A DNA stretch of 64,000 bases from Paraphysomonas bandaiensis (lineage: Eukaryota; Protista; Chrysophyceae). Below the pieces are notes generated by a model. That model searched no databases, was not told the origin of the DNA, and worked only from the letters and a program-made list of their open reading frames with translations. The position numbers and the translations under genes were made by a program. Every line of letters begins with the position of its first letter. The first letter of the stretch is position 1. The stretch covers positions 62,001-126,000 of the forward strand of contig CBFFRP010000076.1 in NCBI GenBank assembly GCA_965644295.1, read 5' to 3'. Below, piece after piece: positions 28,860-41,385 of the stretch.

Positions 28860-31800
28860 AACCACAGCAACTGCAGCCAGCGTGTCAATCAACCTCCAAA
28901 TGAACCCAATTGATGATTATAAAACGCTGATAAGAAGATTGAGAGCATTCGAGCATTCCACTGTAGGCTCCCTACTATCACAAAATACGGAAACCAAACG
29001 GGATAGCGCAAACTACAGCTCAACAGGCAAACAGCCGTTTAACCCCCGTCTACCGAAGAAGCAAAAGCACAACAACGGGCAGCGAAAACAGAAGAAATTC
29101 AACAAGTCCAACAGAGCCACAAGTGCTAAGTCGCGCGAAGTTAAGTGCTTCAGATGCAATGGATCCAACCACATTGCAGCAGAGTGCAAGCACTCGTGGG
29201 AACACATACAACAGATGCAGAAGTCCACAAACAAACGAAACGACGACAAAAGAGGGAAAGGGCATCACTCCAAGAACACATCATCAAAATACCAAAGAAA
29301 CAGTCATCGGGATTCGAACTTAAGACTGGAAGACTATGACGATGAGGGGCCAAACGATGACAATGACTACAGTGCATTCTCTGGGATGATCACAGACAAT
29401 CACGTCCTACATACGGAACACGAGAAGCAGGAATTCGGCATTCTAGACTCTGGCTGCACAATATCAATTACAGCAGCACGAAGCTTACTCTCCGAATTCA
29501 CTTATGACCAAACCACAATTTACACCGCCAAATCAGGATCAGAAATGCAGGCATTGGGATACGGCAAGCTTGGACTGATTAGCAAGTGCAAGCTAGTTCC
29601 GGATGCCTCAAAGACTTTAATTTCTATCAGCCAGTTGACAACAGACGCCAACTGCAATATTGTATTCGGGCATAACGAGGCACGCGTATACCACGATGGA
29701 ATTTTGTTAACCACAGCCAGGAAACAAAACGGTCTATACGAGGTCAGATTATCCGATTTAGGTTACATCCAAGACCAGTGCAACTTGGCATCTACATCCA
29801 GCGGTTCCTCGATTTCCCTGGCACATCGAAGGTTGACCCACGCATCCATTGGCTTAATCCAAAAAGCACTAAAGTTGAATCTTGTGAAAGGAATCACTAT
29901 TCCAAAATCCGACCTGAGCTCGCCACAGCTACCAGAAGGCCTTTGTGATGGCTGCGCACAAGGCAAGGCTCACAGGAGGAAACATAGGCGCGAGACAAGA
30001 CAAATGATACCGACAAAAACCAGAAGATCGCAGGAGCTTGGAGGACTTATAGCAGTTGATTTTACTGGACCATTTTCACCTCCAGCAATAGTCACAGGAA
30101 ACACCGTAGTCTTTGGAGCTACCGATGCAGCTTCAAGATACAGTTGGACATTCTATGGAAAACACAGAACCGAGGATTTTGTCATTGAGTGCATTCAGAA
30201 AATTGTGGATTATCTGCATTCGAAAGGCAAACGGCTAATACACTATCATGCTGATGGTGGCCGTGAGCTAGTATCACATCGTGTACTGAACTTGCTGAGA
30301 AAATTAGGATCAACCTGGACCTTCAACGCTCCATACACGCCTGAAGACAACCCCATACAAGAACGACCATGGCGCACGACCAAGGAAAGAACGCTTGCAT
30401 CCATTTGCAACTCAGGCCTACCACCCAACTTCTGGGAACAGGCCATGTCCACCGTCACGCATATGAAAAATCGCCTGCCATGCGCCACTGCAAAGGGATT
30501 CATATCACCGTATCAGTTCATCCACGACGAGGCCCCCGATTTATCTTACGCCAGGATTTGGGGCTGCAAATGCCATACATTCATAGACAAGTCTCAGAGA
30601 AGAAACGATTGGTCTCCACATAGCCATATTGGGTACTTCATGGGATACCGAGAAGATGGACCAGGGTACGTCATATATGTACCTTCACTCAAGGACTTCG
30701 TAATCTCAAGTCACGTCTTTTTCAATGAGTGCATCCCCGACGTCAAGGAAAACTACTACGCTGAAATCGAATCATCACTGAGAGAAGAAAATTCAGAGAA
30801 TCGAACAACCGAGAGCTTCCAATACCTCGTTGGAATGACCCACACAGATCCACAGGATGGCCTCCAATACATCACGACAAGAATCACAGTCATCAAAGGC
30901 CACGTGGCTGCTTACAGAGGATTGGCCCCACGAGAAAATGAAGGGCGAGTCATCGAGTTAAATGACCCAATACACGCTGCGGACATCGAAAGATACACCG
31001 CCGAGCACTTCAGTTATCAGAACGCGGTATCACCCCCGCAAGAGGAACCAGGATGCCCCGTGGAAGGAACAGCTCCAGGGAGGAGCAGTTCAACCGACAG
31101 CCGTCATGACGCCACACGGGGCGGGAGTCACAGCCATTTGAGAGGACCCTACTCAAATGAAAAGGAGGCAAGGCCTCGCCGCACAGCAGAAGCTCAGCGG
31201 AATACAGTGCCGAAGGAGGCACGGGGTGACAACAAGCGTGATCACCCTGCTCGTAAGGTCAAACGAGCTATCAAGACTGTGAATTCCCAGGGTGACAGGA
31301 GCCGGCAAAGCCCGGATGGCACAATTACGGGTGTAAGGACACCCCACCGACACAAGGTGAGCCGTTGCGTAAAGAAAAGTCTCCACAGCAAGAGGCAGAC
31401 CAGGAAAAGGGTAATCATGAATGTACACAAATTCGGTGATAATATATACCACTGTGATGTTGATAAAAGATATTTGTACAACCACAAAACACCTGATAAA
31501 CATGATAGTTACAGAACATTATACATGAATGATGTTGACATCATTATGCATGCAAATGACACATGTAGCAATGATGTACCTAACACACCTAACAATGTTG
31601 GCGAGGCACTATCAGGCAGGTACAAGGAACAATGGCTGAAAGCCATCAACAAAGAAATCAAGTCTCTAGAGAGCAAAGGCTGTTGGAGGATAACGACACC
31701 ACCAGCAAATTCCAACATTATAAGGGGAAAATTCGTGTTTAGGGTAAAGGTCAAGCGAGATGAGGTTACCTTCAAGGCGAGGTTAGTGGCTCAAGGTTTC

Positions 31801-33592
31801 TCCCAGGTCGAGGGTAAAGACTACAACGAAACCTACAGCCCAGTCGCAAAGGCCACATCAATGAGAACAGTCATAGCACTAGCAACTATACTTGGGTTGG
31901 AGCTTCACCAGGTAGATTTCTCCACTGCTTACATCAATGCAGACCTCCAAGAGGAAATTTACATGTATCCACCCGCTGGTCTCAATGTTCCAAACGGTAA
32001 AGTCCTCAGACTTCTAAAGAGTATATACGGACTCAAACAGTCCGGGTTAAATTGGTATAAATGTTGTACTAATTATTTGTTAGACTGTGGTTTTACCAGA
32101 TTAGTGTCCGACCCGTGCATATTCACGAAATCAATCAATGGTCGACCCATAATTCTGGTAGTTTACGTCGATGACATCATTATCGCTGGTAAAAGTAGGA
32201 CTGACATCATCCAAATCAAGAATTCGTTAGCTGAAAAATTCGACATTCATGATCTCGGCCTCCTAGATTACTACCTCGGCATATTCGTCAAACAGGATAT
32301 ACAGAATCGAACTACGACACTAAATCAATCTCAATACATACGGAACCTACTCCACAGATTCAACATGGAAGATTGCAAGCCACGTAGTCACCCCATGACA
32401 ACAAATTTTCATATAGACATTCTCGAAAAGAAACAACTATCTCAAGAAAATCAAGAATTTGTCCAAAATTTTCCTTACAAGGAGCTCATAGGTTCACTTA
32501 TGTATATTGCTGTGTGCACTAGACCTGATATTGCATATGCTGTAAACACCCTTGCTCGTTTCAGTACTAATCCAAATCTAACTACATGCAAAGCCGCATT
32601 AAACATACTTAGGTACCTCAAAGGCACTATCGATCAAGGTCTACAGTACTCCGGGAAGTCTGTTACTTTAACTGGATTCGCTGACAGTGATTGGGCACGC
32701 TGTAACTTAACTCGCAGGTCGACCACAGCGTTTTGCTTCTTTATTGGAAATTGTCTCATTTCCTGGCAATCACGACTCCAGACCACTGTAGCTCTATCCT
32801 CTACAGAAGCGGAGTACATGGCACTATCAACAGCATGTCAAGAAGCTATTTGGCTACGGTCACTACTCTCGGAATTGGGCTTCCACATGCCATACTCAAC
32901 AACCATATGGTGTGACAACAAAGGTGCAATTCAACTATGCCTAAACCCCGTACACCACCGACGAACAAAACATATTGCCATCAGATATCACTTCATAAGA
33001 GAACAAGTCGCATCGCACTCTATTATTGTTGATTACATGCCTACAAACGAGATGCTGGCCGACATTCTAACTAAACCCCTCACATCAAACACGTTCCACA
33101 GATTGCGGGATTCACTAATGGGGGGGGGAGGTATCAACATACCTGCTAGCAATAAAAGAACAAAAGTATCTATCCCACCGGCAGAGAACTCAACCAAGAG
33201 ACCACGATGGATGACTTAGAGATCTACGGAGTTTCCCACGAGTATGCTGTATGTTGACATCAGTGTAATCCACAATCTGTGATTGCACTCGTGGGTTTTA
33301 CCCTCAGTAGAACTATCTCCAAATATATACACCTATATCCGTATATCTATGTATACGTCATATGATTATTTCATTGAGGGGGAGTATTAGGAGTCATTGA
33401 TTCACGTATATCTCTTAACGCGTGAATACAACACACATATACAATGAAATACCAAATAGACTGAATAATTACCAAACTATACATGATACGCGACTGTACA
33501 AGATACGCACATGTATGTGGTGCTAACGCTCTGCTCAAACATGTCTTGCTATTATACTATTAGGCCTTATCGTTCAATCTTTATCTCTAATA
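28860..33592 (+). mobile_element. Ty1/copia retrotransposon with 3' LTR 33385-33592 and no matching 5' LTR
   Basis: Polypurine tract GAGGGGGAG ends at 33384, followed by TATTAGGAG...CTCTAATA (208 bp with inverted ends). Confidence 0.8.
28882..33219 (+). CDS. Ty1/copia gag-pol polyprotein (gag N-terminus apparently missing)
   Basis: CFRCNGSNHIAAEC zinc knuckle, ILDSGCT protease, HRRLTH..CDGC, integrase D-D-E (AVDFTG, HADGGRE, NPIQER), RT (KARLVAQG, YGLKQS, YVDDII), RNase H (FADSDWA, ADILTK) in PR-IN-RT-RH order. Confidence 0.97.
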   Translation: MSINLQMNPIDDYKTLIRRLRAFEHSTVGSLLSQNTETKRDSANYSSTGKQPFNPRLPKKQKHNNGQRKQKKFNKSNRATSAKSREVKCFRCNGSNHIAAECKHSWEHIQQMQKSTNKRNDDKRGKGHHSKNTSSKYQRNSHRDSNLRLEDYDDEGPNDDNDYSAFSGMITDNHVLHTEHEKQEFGILDSGCTISITAARSLLSEFTYDQTTIYTAKSGSEMQALGYGKLGLISKCKLVPDASKTLISISQLTTDANCNIVFGHNEARVYHDGILLTTARKQNGLYEVRLSDLGYIQDQCNLASTSSGSSISLAHRRLTHASIGLIQKALKLNLVKGITIPKSDLSSPQLPEGLCDGCAQGKAHRRKHRRETRQMIPTKTRRSQELGGLIAVDFTGPFSPPAIVTGNTVVFGATDAASRYSWTFYGKHRTEDFVIECIQKIVDYLHSKGKRLIHYHADGGRELVSHRVLNLLRKLGSTWTFNAPYTPEDNPIQERPWRTTKERTLASICNSGLPPNFWEQAMSTVTHMKNRLPCATAKGFISPYQFIHDEAPDLSYARIWGCKCHTFIDKSQRRNDWSPHSHIGYFMGYREDGPGYVIYVPSLKDFVISSHVFFNECIPDVKENYYAEIESSLREENSENRTTESFQYLVGMTHTDPQDGLQYITTRITVIKGHVAAYRGLAPRENEGRVIELNDPIHAADIERYTAEHFSYQNAVSPPQEEPGCPVEGTAPGRSSSTDSRHDATRGGSHSHLRGPYSNEKEARPRRTAEAQRNTVPKEARGDNKRDHPARKVKRAIKTVNSQGDRSRQSPDGTITGVRTPHRHKVSRCVKKSLHSKRQTRKRVIMNVHKFGDNIYHCDVDKRYLYNHKTPDKHDSYRTLYMNDVDIIMHANDTCSNDVPNTPNNVGEALSGRYKEQWLKAINKEIKSLESKGCWRITTPPANSNIIRGKFVFRVKVKRDEVTFKARLVAQGFSQVEGKDYNETYSPVAKATSMRTVIALATILGLELHQVDFSTAYINADLQEEIYMYPPAGLNVPNGKVLRLLKSIYGLKQSGLNWYKCCTNYLLDCGFTRLVSDPCIFTKSINGRPIILVVYVDDIIIAGKSRTDIIQIKNSLAEKFDIHDLGLLDYYLGIFVKQDIQNRTTTLNQSQYIRNLLHRFNMEDCKPRSHPMTTNFHIDILEKKQLSQENQEFVQNFPYKELIGSLMYIAVCTRPDIAYAVNTLARFSTNPNLTTCKAALNILRYLKGTIDQGLQYSGKSVTLTGFADSDWARCNLTRRSTTAFCFFIGNCLISWQSRLQTTVALSSTEAEYMALSTACQEAIWLRSLLSELGFHMPYSTTIWCDNKGAIQLCLNPVHHRRTKHIAIRYHFIREQVASHSIIVDYMPTNEMLADILTKPLTSNTFHRLRDSLMGGGGINIPASNKRTKVSIPPAENSTKRPRWMT

Positions 33593-33940
33593 ATTTCAAG
33601 TATATTCTTACTAAATATTAAGACTAACCTTAAATCTTATTTATTAACGCTCGTACCATTTCCAACCAGATGTAACTACGAGCAATTTCAGTTCCCTTTC
33701 TTGTTTTCCTTCTAAGCACTACATCTCATATAATGCATAGGAACATATATACAAATACATCGAACAGGCTGTACTCAAAAATGAGCCATTTATATCAAAA
33801 ACACACATCAAAATGTCAGTCCACGTCCTGCAGAATAGGCGTACTTTCAATCAATGTACAAAATTGCAATGGCAAAATGAATACGATGGATTGAAACGCG
33901 CTGCAATCAATGACTTCGAGTTATAGCTGCATTGCGTTGA

Positions 33941-35602
33941 CTACAGAGATAGCTTCTCAACGGACACACGCACGCCGTTCGAGGGGGCCAAAGTCATTCC
34001 CGCCTTTAGGCTGACCTTAAAGGAAGGGTCCGGCCGAAAGGCAAGTCGCCGTAGTAAATGAGACAGCAATGTTGCAATCTCAAGCTGTGCAAGTATATTT
34101 CCAGGACAAGCCCGGGATCCATATCCAAAGGGAAAGAACCCACTTCGAGCTGAGACAAATCCAGTCTTGCCTTGGAATCTACTCGGATCAAACTTGGAAG
34201 GTGACTGCCAAACAGAAGGATCTCTGTTTACCAAGTACAAGGGTACTAGAACATCTGCCCCAGCAGGAATAGTAATATCACACCCTTGCCCCTTGATATG
34301 TACCGGACCAGTAGCTCTGCGTGTCACATACGGCACAGGGGTATAGAGCCTGAGCCCTTCCTGTACCACAGCTGCCATATATTTCATACCAGCAATACGG
34401 TCAACTGTGGCTTCTCCATCAATTCCCAGATGCATATACACTTCCTGCCTCAAGCGATCTTGAACAGAAACATTTTCAGCAATTAGGAGCAGCAGAAAGG
34501 ACGAAAACACTGAAGTGGTATGCACAGCTGCAGCCAAGAGGGAGAACAGACAGTTAACGATTTCCTCATCATCCATATTATTGGCGATCATTCCTCCCAA
34601 CAAGTCAGCTTCGGGGACAACAGTGGGTGGGGAAAAAAGGCCGTCATTGCGGCGCAAGCATACAAGAGCTAACAGGGTCTCACGCACCTATAGCGGACAG
34701 ATACATTAAATACGCAATGATTCTATGTGATAAATGAGCAGCCTACTCACCGTCTTCGTGCTATCGATAGCCAACTTCGTACTTGAGGAGGACAGCCGGA
34801 ACACAGGAAGTCTATCTACTTTGCCTGCAGTTTGTCCAATAGTGGCTAGTAGACTGCAGATCTACAAAACATAATTATTGCGTGCTTGGCCCATACAAAA
34901 CAATAGTACCTCCGTTTCTCTTTGCAGGTCACCTCTAAAATCCACACCACAAGTGCACCTTAAAAACGCCCGAAGGGATATAGAACTCAAAAACTGGTCA
35001 ACATTCAGTATAGTGGACGAGTCGGTCGATGTTAAGTCGCGGGATATGAGCTCATCAACTGCTTCTGCACACAGCTGGCTCAGTGCTGTTGCGGAAGCAG
35101 CCATTTTGGGCAGAGACAAATACTTCATCAACATTGCTTTAGTACCACTGTGGTTACTGCCCGTACTGTTCAGTAAGCCTTCCCCGAAGAGCGACGAATC
35201 CAATTCTTTATCCGAGCTTACTTGAGTAAAAGACTTCGAGTCCGCAAGAACCCGACGAATGATATTAGGCTCTACTGTCACAATATATGGATTCGTGAAT
35301 AAATATATCACAAAAGTCTTGCCCAACTCCTTTCGTAAACGAGAAAGAAATTTAAAAAAGGAAAAAACTTCTGGATTAAAGCAATTTCCTGTGAACATAA
35401 GAAAGTCATACAGAGTACTGTAGGACACAAGGAAGGGCTCACCTATAAGCGGGAGGGAAAAAGCACTGCGAAAATGTCTGAGCATCCAGAACTGAGACAG
35501 ATACAGCTGCATGTAATACGCAGCCGCTGTAACAAACAATAATACGAGTCCCAAGAACACATACGTGAGAGCACTCGTCTCTGATAGAGAAGTAGCACTC
35601 AT
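33941..35602 (-). CDS. Cytochrome P450, multi-exon
   Basis: N-terminal TM anchor, LPLIG, I-helix AAAVHTTS, EGLR (ExxR), FDPSRF (PERF), FFPFGYGSRACPG heme motif. Confidence 0.95.
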
Positions 35603-36216
35603 GCTGAATATTATCACAATATGATGACACAGGCAGATAAATAGACTGATAGATAGAGTATACCCCCCCTCACATGGGATTTAGACAGAGAAAAAGCAAC
35701 CTAGATAGGTATGATTCAGGTATCTGATACACGGAAAGGTCTGTGTGTAGATAGCACTCCCCTCGAGCTGTAGAACAGAGACAGGGAGGGATGTATCCGC
35801 CATATTCTGTAGTTGTCATATGTGGGAAGGAAAATAAAACTGAAAATCTTAAATGGACAACACGAGAACTGAACAATGTCTGAACATTGTATTTTGTGGA
35901 CTACTGCTGGTATACTCCTGTTGGAATACAGTATCTTGAATAGATATCGACATGCGGAATACATGCAGTATAATATACACTACGTTGTAGTAGACACGTA
36001 TGTACAATGTTCTGCCTGTGTGAATGTACCTGTCGAGTCATGTAGTACATGTACTTACACACATCTCCATATGCAATATATGATGATGTGTATGCTTGTA
36101 CGTGTACGTATAATATTCCATGGAAGTATCAGTATTACAATCAGCATGAGTGTCAAGCCCTCACTATTAGTTATTTAGTTATTGATAAAGAATAAAGCCT
36201 CCATACATACAATAAA

Positions 36217-38024
36217 ATGGATAATTTCCCAGTGATAGTGTTATCTAAGCCTGGTTATTATTTTGCATTCAGCGCAGTGGCTCTGTCTGTAGCACTGGCC
36301 TCTCACTTCTCTCCTCTGATAGGGTTCGATTTCAGTGAGAACAAATCCTCTCATGCTGTTACAGTGCTTGCGTATAATTTTGTAATATCCTCTGTAGTTG
36401 TTGTGTTCTATGTATTGTGTTGGATGTTTTTTGGAGAACAGAAACGCGGAACGGCTCAGCATCAAGTGCTCGAACAGTTACTCACATTCCTCATGTTTAA
36501 GTTAATTCTAATTGAGTATGTTCTACAAACTACTCTATTGGAGGTGTCGACTTGGGTGTTTTGGTTTGCGATATTTTCAGTCTCTAAAGGTCTTGTGTAT
36601 CACGGTCACATGCGTGCTGCACTATTGGCTAGTTCGGGATCACCCTGGCACCATTATGTGCGTCCTGCTCTGCATATTCCTATTGTATTAGGGACATTGT
36701 TCGGGGCTCTATTGTTGGCGTGGCGGTGGTCTGAAGCATCAAACCGTCTGTGGTTACTATTACTGTATGATATTGGCACTCTGTATATTGAGTGGATTCA
36801 TGTGGCTGCTGTGTATGCGCTCTACATGGGTGAAGCGGGCATGTGGGCATTCATCCCGAGGGTTAGGGTGGAATCTCTTAATGTAGCAGATGTCACATAT
36901 ATTCTGGACTCCCTCAGCGACGTGCTCCTCCGCTCACTGGCACTTCTGCACTTTATTCACATCGGCACCATTAACGGCATCTCCCTATCACTGATAGATG
37001 TTGTGCTGCTGTTGAACACTCGTGCAATTGCAGTGGAGCTATGGGGGAAGACTAATGAATTGTACCAGTACTGGACTATCAAACAGCGCATGGATGAACT
37101 GTTTGTTACAGAAAATAATCCCTCGAACACAGAAGTGTGCCCGATATGTATACAGGACTTCACTTCTTGCGCCAAGCGCTTGCCGTGTGGACACCTCTTG
37201 CACTCGCCTTGCCTAGGGGTGCTTATACAGAAACAAGCACAGCCTTACACTGGACCATTACCCCATGATTCAGACGGCACTACTAACAATGTTAATACGG
37301 CTGGTTCCAGTGCACATGGATGGTCCCAAGCACTCCTACACAGGATAAATCCCGGTAGTACAGTATCAGGAAGAGGTGCCTCACTTCCGTTGCTTAGTGT
37401 TCGATGTCCAATTTGTCGCAAGAATATATGTGTTACTACAGGATCTCTTATATCATCTGACCAACAGGACGACAGCGATTGTACCAGCAATGATAATGAC
37501 TCTAGTTTACTCGCATCCGGTGTCTCTGACGACGCGGTCAGTGATACTATACTTGCCAGATCTAGCGGAGAGGAGTCTCTCGGAACTACCGGCGATATAA
37601 GAGTCGATCATCCCCAGGCTCCTGTATCATCATTTCCTTTATTCTTTATGCGTATGGCGATGGAAATTGTGTCTATGAGCTCTGGAAGAAGGACAGCATG
37701 GCGGAGACGAAACAGAGATGACTTGCGGGTAGATTCCAGAAGGCAGGAGTTGTCACCCTCGAGTTTAGAGACTGCGGTAAGTTCCGTGTCGTGGCAGAGA
37801 GCGCTCTTTCTATAGTATTTATACAAAGCTCTATTCCAGTCGTATAAACATTTCTATGCTAATAGTGATGTTATATTTACTTTTAGGTTGACCAGGTTAT
37901 TGCAGTGTTTCCCCAATTTCCGAGAGACATGATTGCTCGGGACCTCAGGCAGACGGAGTCCGTAGATGGGACTATCGAAAATATCCTTGCTGGACGGATT
38001 CAAGTATTTTTACCACGTGAATGA
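36217..38024 (+). CDS. ERAD E3 ligase, Hrd1/AMFR(gp78)/RIN2-like: multi-TM, RING-H2, CUE
   Basis: Hydrophobic N-terminal half, CPIC..LPCGHLLHSPCL...CPICR, and a last exon from 37888 encoding VDQVIAVFPQFPRDMIARDLRQTESVDGTIENIL (CUE). Confidence 0.88.
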
Positions 38025-38804
38025 CACTCATTTGGGATGCATATATGTATATAACTCTTCTGAAGACTTTCGTAAGGAATAAATGTACCAGAAAGCGCTA
38101 TCTACATGTATATTACTATACTATTTACATGAATGTGTGTTGATACACGGTATTGCGTAGTTAAATGTACATACTAAATATTAATTAAATGTCCAACGTG
38201 TATTATTAGCCTCAATTTAGTCAAATAACACAATTTCAATGATACAATATGACCCCTATACCCTATCTCTGGTCAATGTATATATGTATATACACTGTAG
38301 TGCTCAAGACCTAACCACCAGTGCACTAGTCCTATTTACAAAATTTAGCCACACAAAACGCTCTTTTCTTCTCACTTCTCTTATTTATCCTCAAATATTC
38401 TCTCAACTTCTTTCTCGTATCATACAACGAGACCGTTACTCACTCTTCATATACACCATATGTTTGTACAAGCCAATACTTATATAGTTCAGTGAAGTGA
38501 CTGAAGTTAAAGATGCCATATTCATATTTCATATTAACTGTTGCGTGCATTGTCGTCTAAACTATGCAGAAACCGTCATATGAACTGCCTCTATTTTACC
38601 GGATTTTTTCTACATCCATAATGTAGTCACCTCCGTTACCAACCAAAATCTTCAATCAAAGTATCATTCGGAAGCTCTCCAGTACGAGAGTGGTACAATG
38701 AAGGACTACTGGCGGAGCTTACAATAATATATATGGAAGTAGCAATGCATAGAAAGAAGACCTGCCTCGAGCAATGGATACACAGCCGCATACAACGATG
38801 TAGC

Positions 38805-39188
38805 TATGTATGTATGTATGTATGTATGTATGTATGTATGTATGTATGTATGTATGTATGTATGTATGTATGTATGTATGTATGTATGTATGTATGTATG
38901 TATGTATGTATGTATGTATGTATGTATGTATGTATGTATGTATGTATGTATGTATGTATGTATGTATGTATGTATGTATGTATGTATGTATGTATGTATG
39001 TATGTATGTATGTATGTATGTATGTATGTATGTATGTATGTATGTATGTATGTATGTATGTATGTATGTATGTATTAATGTATGTATGTATGTATGTATG
39101 TATGTATGTATGTATGTATGTATGTATGTATGTATGTATGTATGTATGTATGTATGTATGTATGTATGTATGTATGTATGTATGTATG
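38805..39188. repeat. (TATG)n microsatellite, about 380 bp
   Basis: Direct; one interruption near 39075. Confidence 0.99.
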
Positions 39189-39282
39189 GATGGATCTTGT
39201 CTATGTTTTGATGGTGTTGTGGTTATGGAATGCATCAGTGGTTTGTATATACATGTCCTTATATATCTAGTGGAATCATCGC

Positions 39283-41385
39283 ATGCATCCTCTCAACCCG
39301 TATAAGGACAATAGACCGGACTTCGCGGAGCTGTCTCGTCTGTACCCGGATGTCATGCGCAAGCAGTATGTTATGTTGTGTTATCGTCCCTTATATGATG
39401 CGTGTGTTGTGTCAGTGTCATCGTGTTCAACAATGGAGAGGCATGCTTGAACTGGAGGGATCCGGAGTCTCAGCGGTGTGTGTAGTGTGTGCTTGTAGAT
39501 GAGTTATGTGTATGTGATGGTACTGTGCAGAGCTCTCACAGAGGTGCTCCTTCATCGTGACTTCAACTTGAGGGTCTCTCTCCCTCATGACAAGCTTTGC
39601 CCCCCTTTACCTAACAGATTGAATTATATCTGCTGGCTATCCGATCTTTTTACTTCTGGTAAAGACTGGACGACGAGTGTCACGAATGCCAGCTGGGAGC
39701 GACCACATATTCTCGACATTGGCACTGGCGCATCGTGTATTTACCCTTTACTAGGAAACAGGTTCTTAGGCTGGAAGTTCACGGGTAGTGATATTGACGT
39801 GCATTCGTTGGAGTGGGCACAGGGAATCTTACGAGAAAATTCGATACCTGAGTCCGATATTGCGCTCGTGTTAGTGGGAGGAAGTAAGAGTCTACAACAA
39901 TCTTTTCGTGAGTGGTTGTCTAACACTCAGCCCCTGCTACAATGTTTGCAATCCAGCAATACCGCCGGTGTGTGTGAGGCTATGCGTGGGCCGGTACGTC
40001 AGGCTCTGGTTAGCATGGGTGGTATATATGCGCAAACTGTGTTGTGGTGTGAAAATGTGGTCTTATCACACGGTCCAGTGGACAATGGAGAGATTCCACC
40101 TACTGTTTTGACGGGTTGTATGACTAACCCACCCTTCTACAGCCTTCAGGAACAGGTACTATTCTAGTTATCACACGCCTATTGTGATTCCGTTTGTACA
40201 GATCGAGGAGAGCCCTCTTGCAGTATGCACCGGTTCTTCTACTGAGATGGCTACAGAAGGTGGAGAGGTAGCCTTTGTCCTGGGCATACTTGCTGACTCA
40301 CTGATACTACGGGACCGGTAATCTCAGGACATGCACTCCTTGTATCATTCTACGTACTATTATTCTCTGTGTTTTTTCTCAATCATGATTCTTTTAATGT
40401 AGAGTGGAATGGTATTCGTCAATGTTGGGTAAGCGTTCTTCTCTTCGACACTTGTTGCGCGCACTTCGATCGGAAGGAGTTAGTCGGATATACTCGACAC
40501 GATTTATACAGGGATCAACGGTGCGCTGGGGAATCGCATGGACGTTTTTAGCTCCGGGTCCTGGGGAAGATCCACTCCGACACCACAAGGTATTCGGCGC
40601 CAAGAAAGCAGCAAGTCGACGTCCTGTTAGCAGTGAGTTATGCACCCTTTCCGTAGAACACATGGTGCGAACTGCCTTGATTGGCGAACGGCGCTATGCG
40701 GCTCTTGCAACTGAGGAGGAGGGGTGGGGAGCGGGTCCATGGAGTGAAGATAGCATTCTTGAGTTCCTTCGTTGTACGGAATGGGGCGCTGGGGGACGCG
40801 TTCCAGCCCCATGGGTTACTCCACCTGGTGTATTGATGCTATCTCTTCTACGGGTTGTTAGTGCACACTGCGTTCGTGTGGATGGGGGCGAAGGGAGAGT
40901 TTATGGGTGGAAACATGTCTCGGAACCCTGTGAGAATGATGAAGATTGTGTTGGGATTGATGTAACTCTTCGTCTCAGCTGCAGCACTCAACAACCCTCT
41001 TGTGCTGTTCTCACTATCGTGACACATACAGAAGACTGTTGTAGAGACTATGTAAATTGTTCGGAAGATGTCAATGAGCAGTCAAGCAAGCGTCGTAGAC
41101 CTGCTGAGGCCAAAAATAGTAATGTTGACGGCCCTGTAGTCTCATTTTCTATAGAGCTAAAATGCGATGCTGCTGACTCTACTTCTCCCTCCGGCACTGC
41201 AGAGGAGAGGTGACGTACTGCATAGCATCAATGATGTGTTAATATAACTACAGGAAATTATTTTTCAAGCTCTTTGACCTTTTAAAGGCTGATATACTAC
41301 GTACAAATCGAAGGTGATCAATGCGCACAATATTTTTACATTAATACTTGTTTTCAGGTGGCGAAGAATACTTGGAAAGTCGTAA
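39283..41385 (+). CDS. METTL16: METTL16/RlmF-family RNA m6A methyltransferase, multi-exon
   Basis: MHPLNPYKDNRPDFAEL, LCPPLPNRLNYI, LDIGTGASCIYPLLG, CMTNPPFY, EMATEGGEVAFV, WYSSMLGK, QGSTVRWGIAWTF. Confidence 0.93.

Noticed and set aside
38296-38722. Possible solo LTRs (TGTAG...TTACA here; also 2321-2739)
   Set aside because: No TSD and no second copy in the window.
38733-39305. MYVC/HTYI repeat ORFs (also 59698-60246 and 62712-63998)
   Set aside because: Translation artefacts of stop-free TATG/CATA microsatellites.
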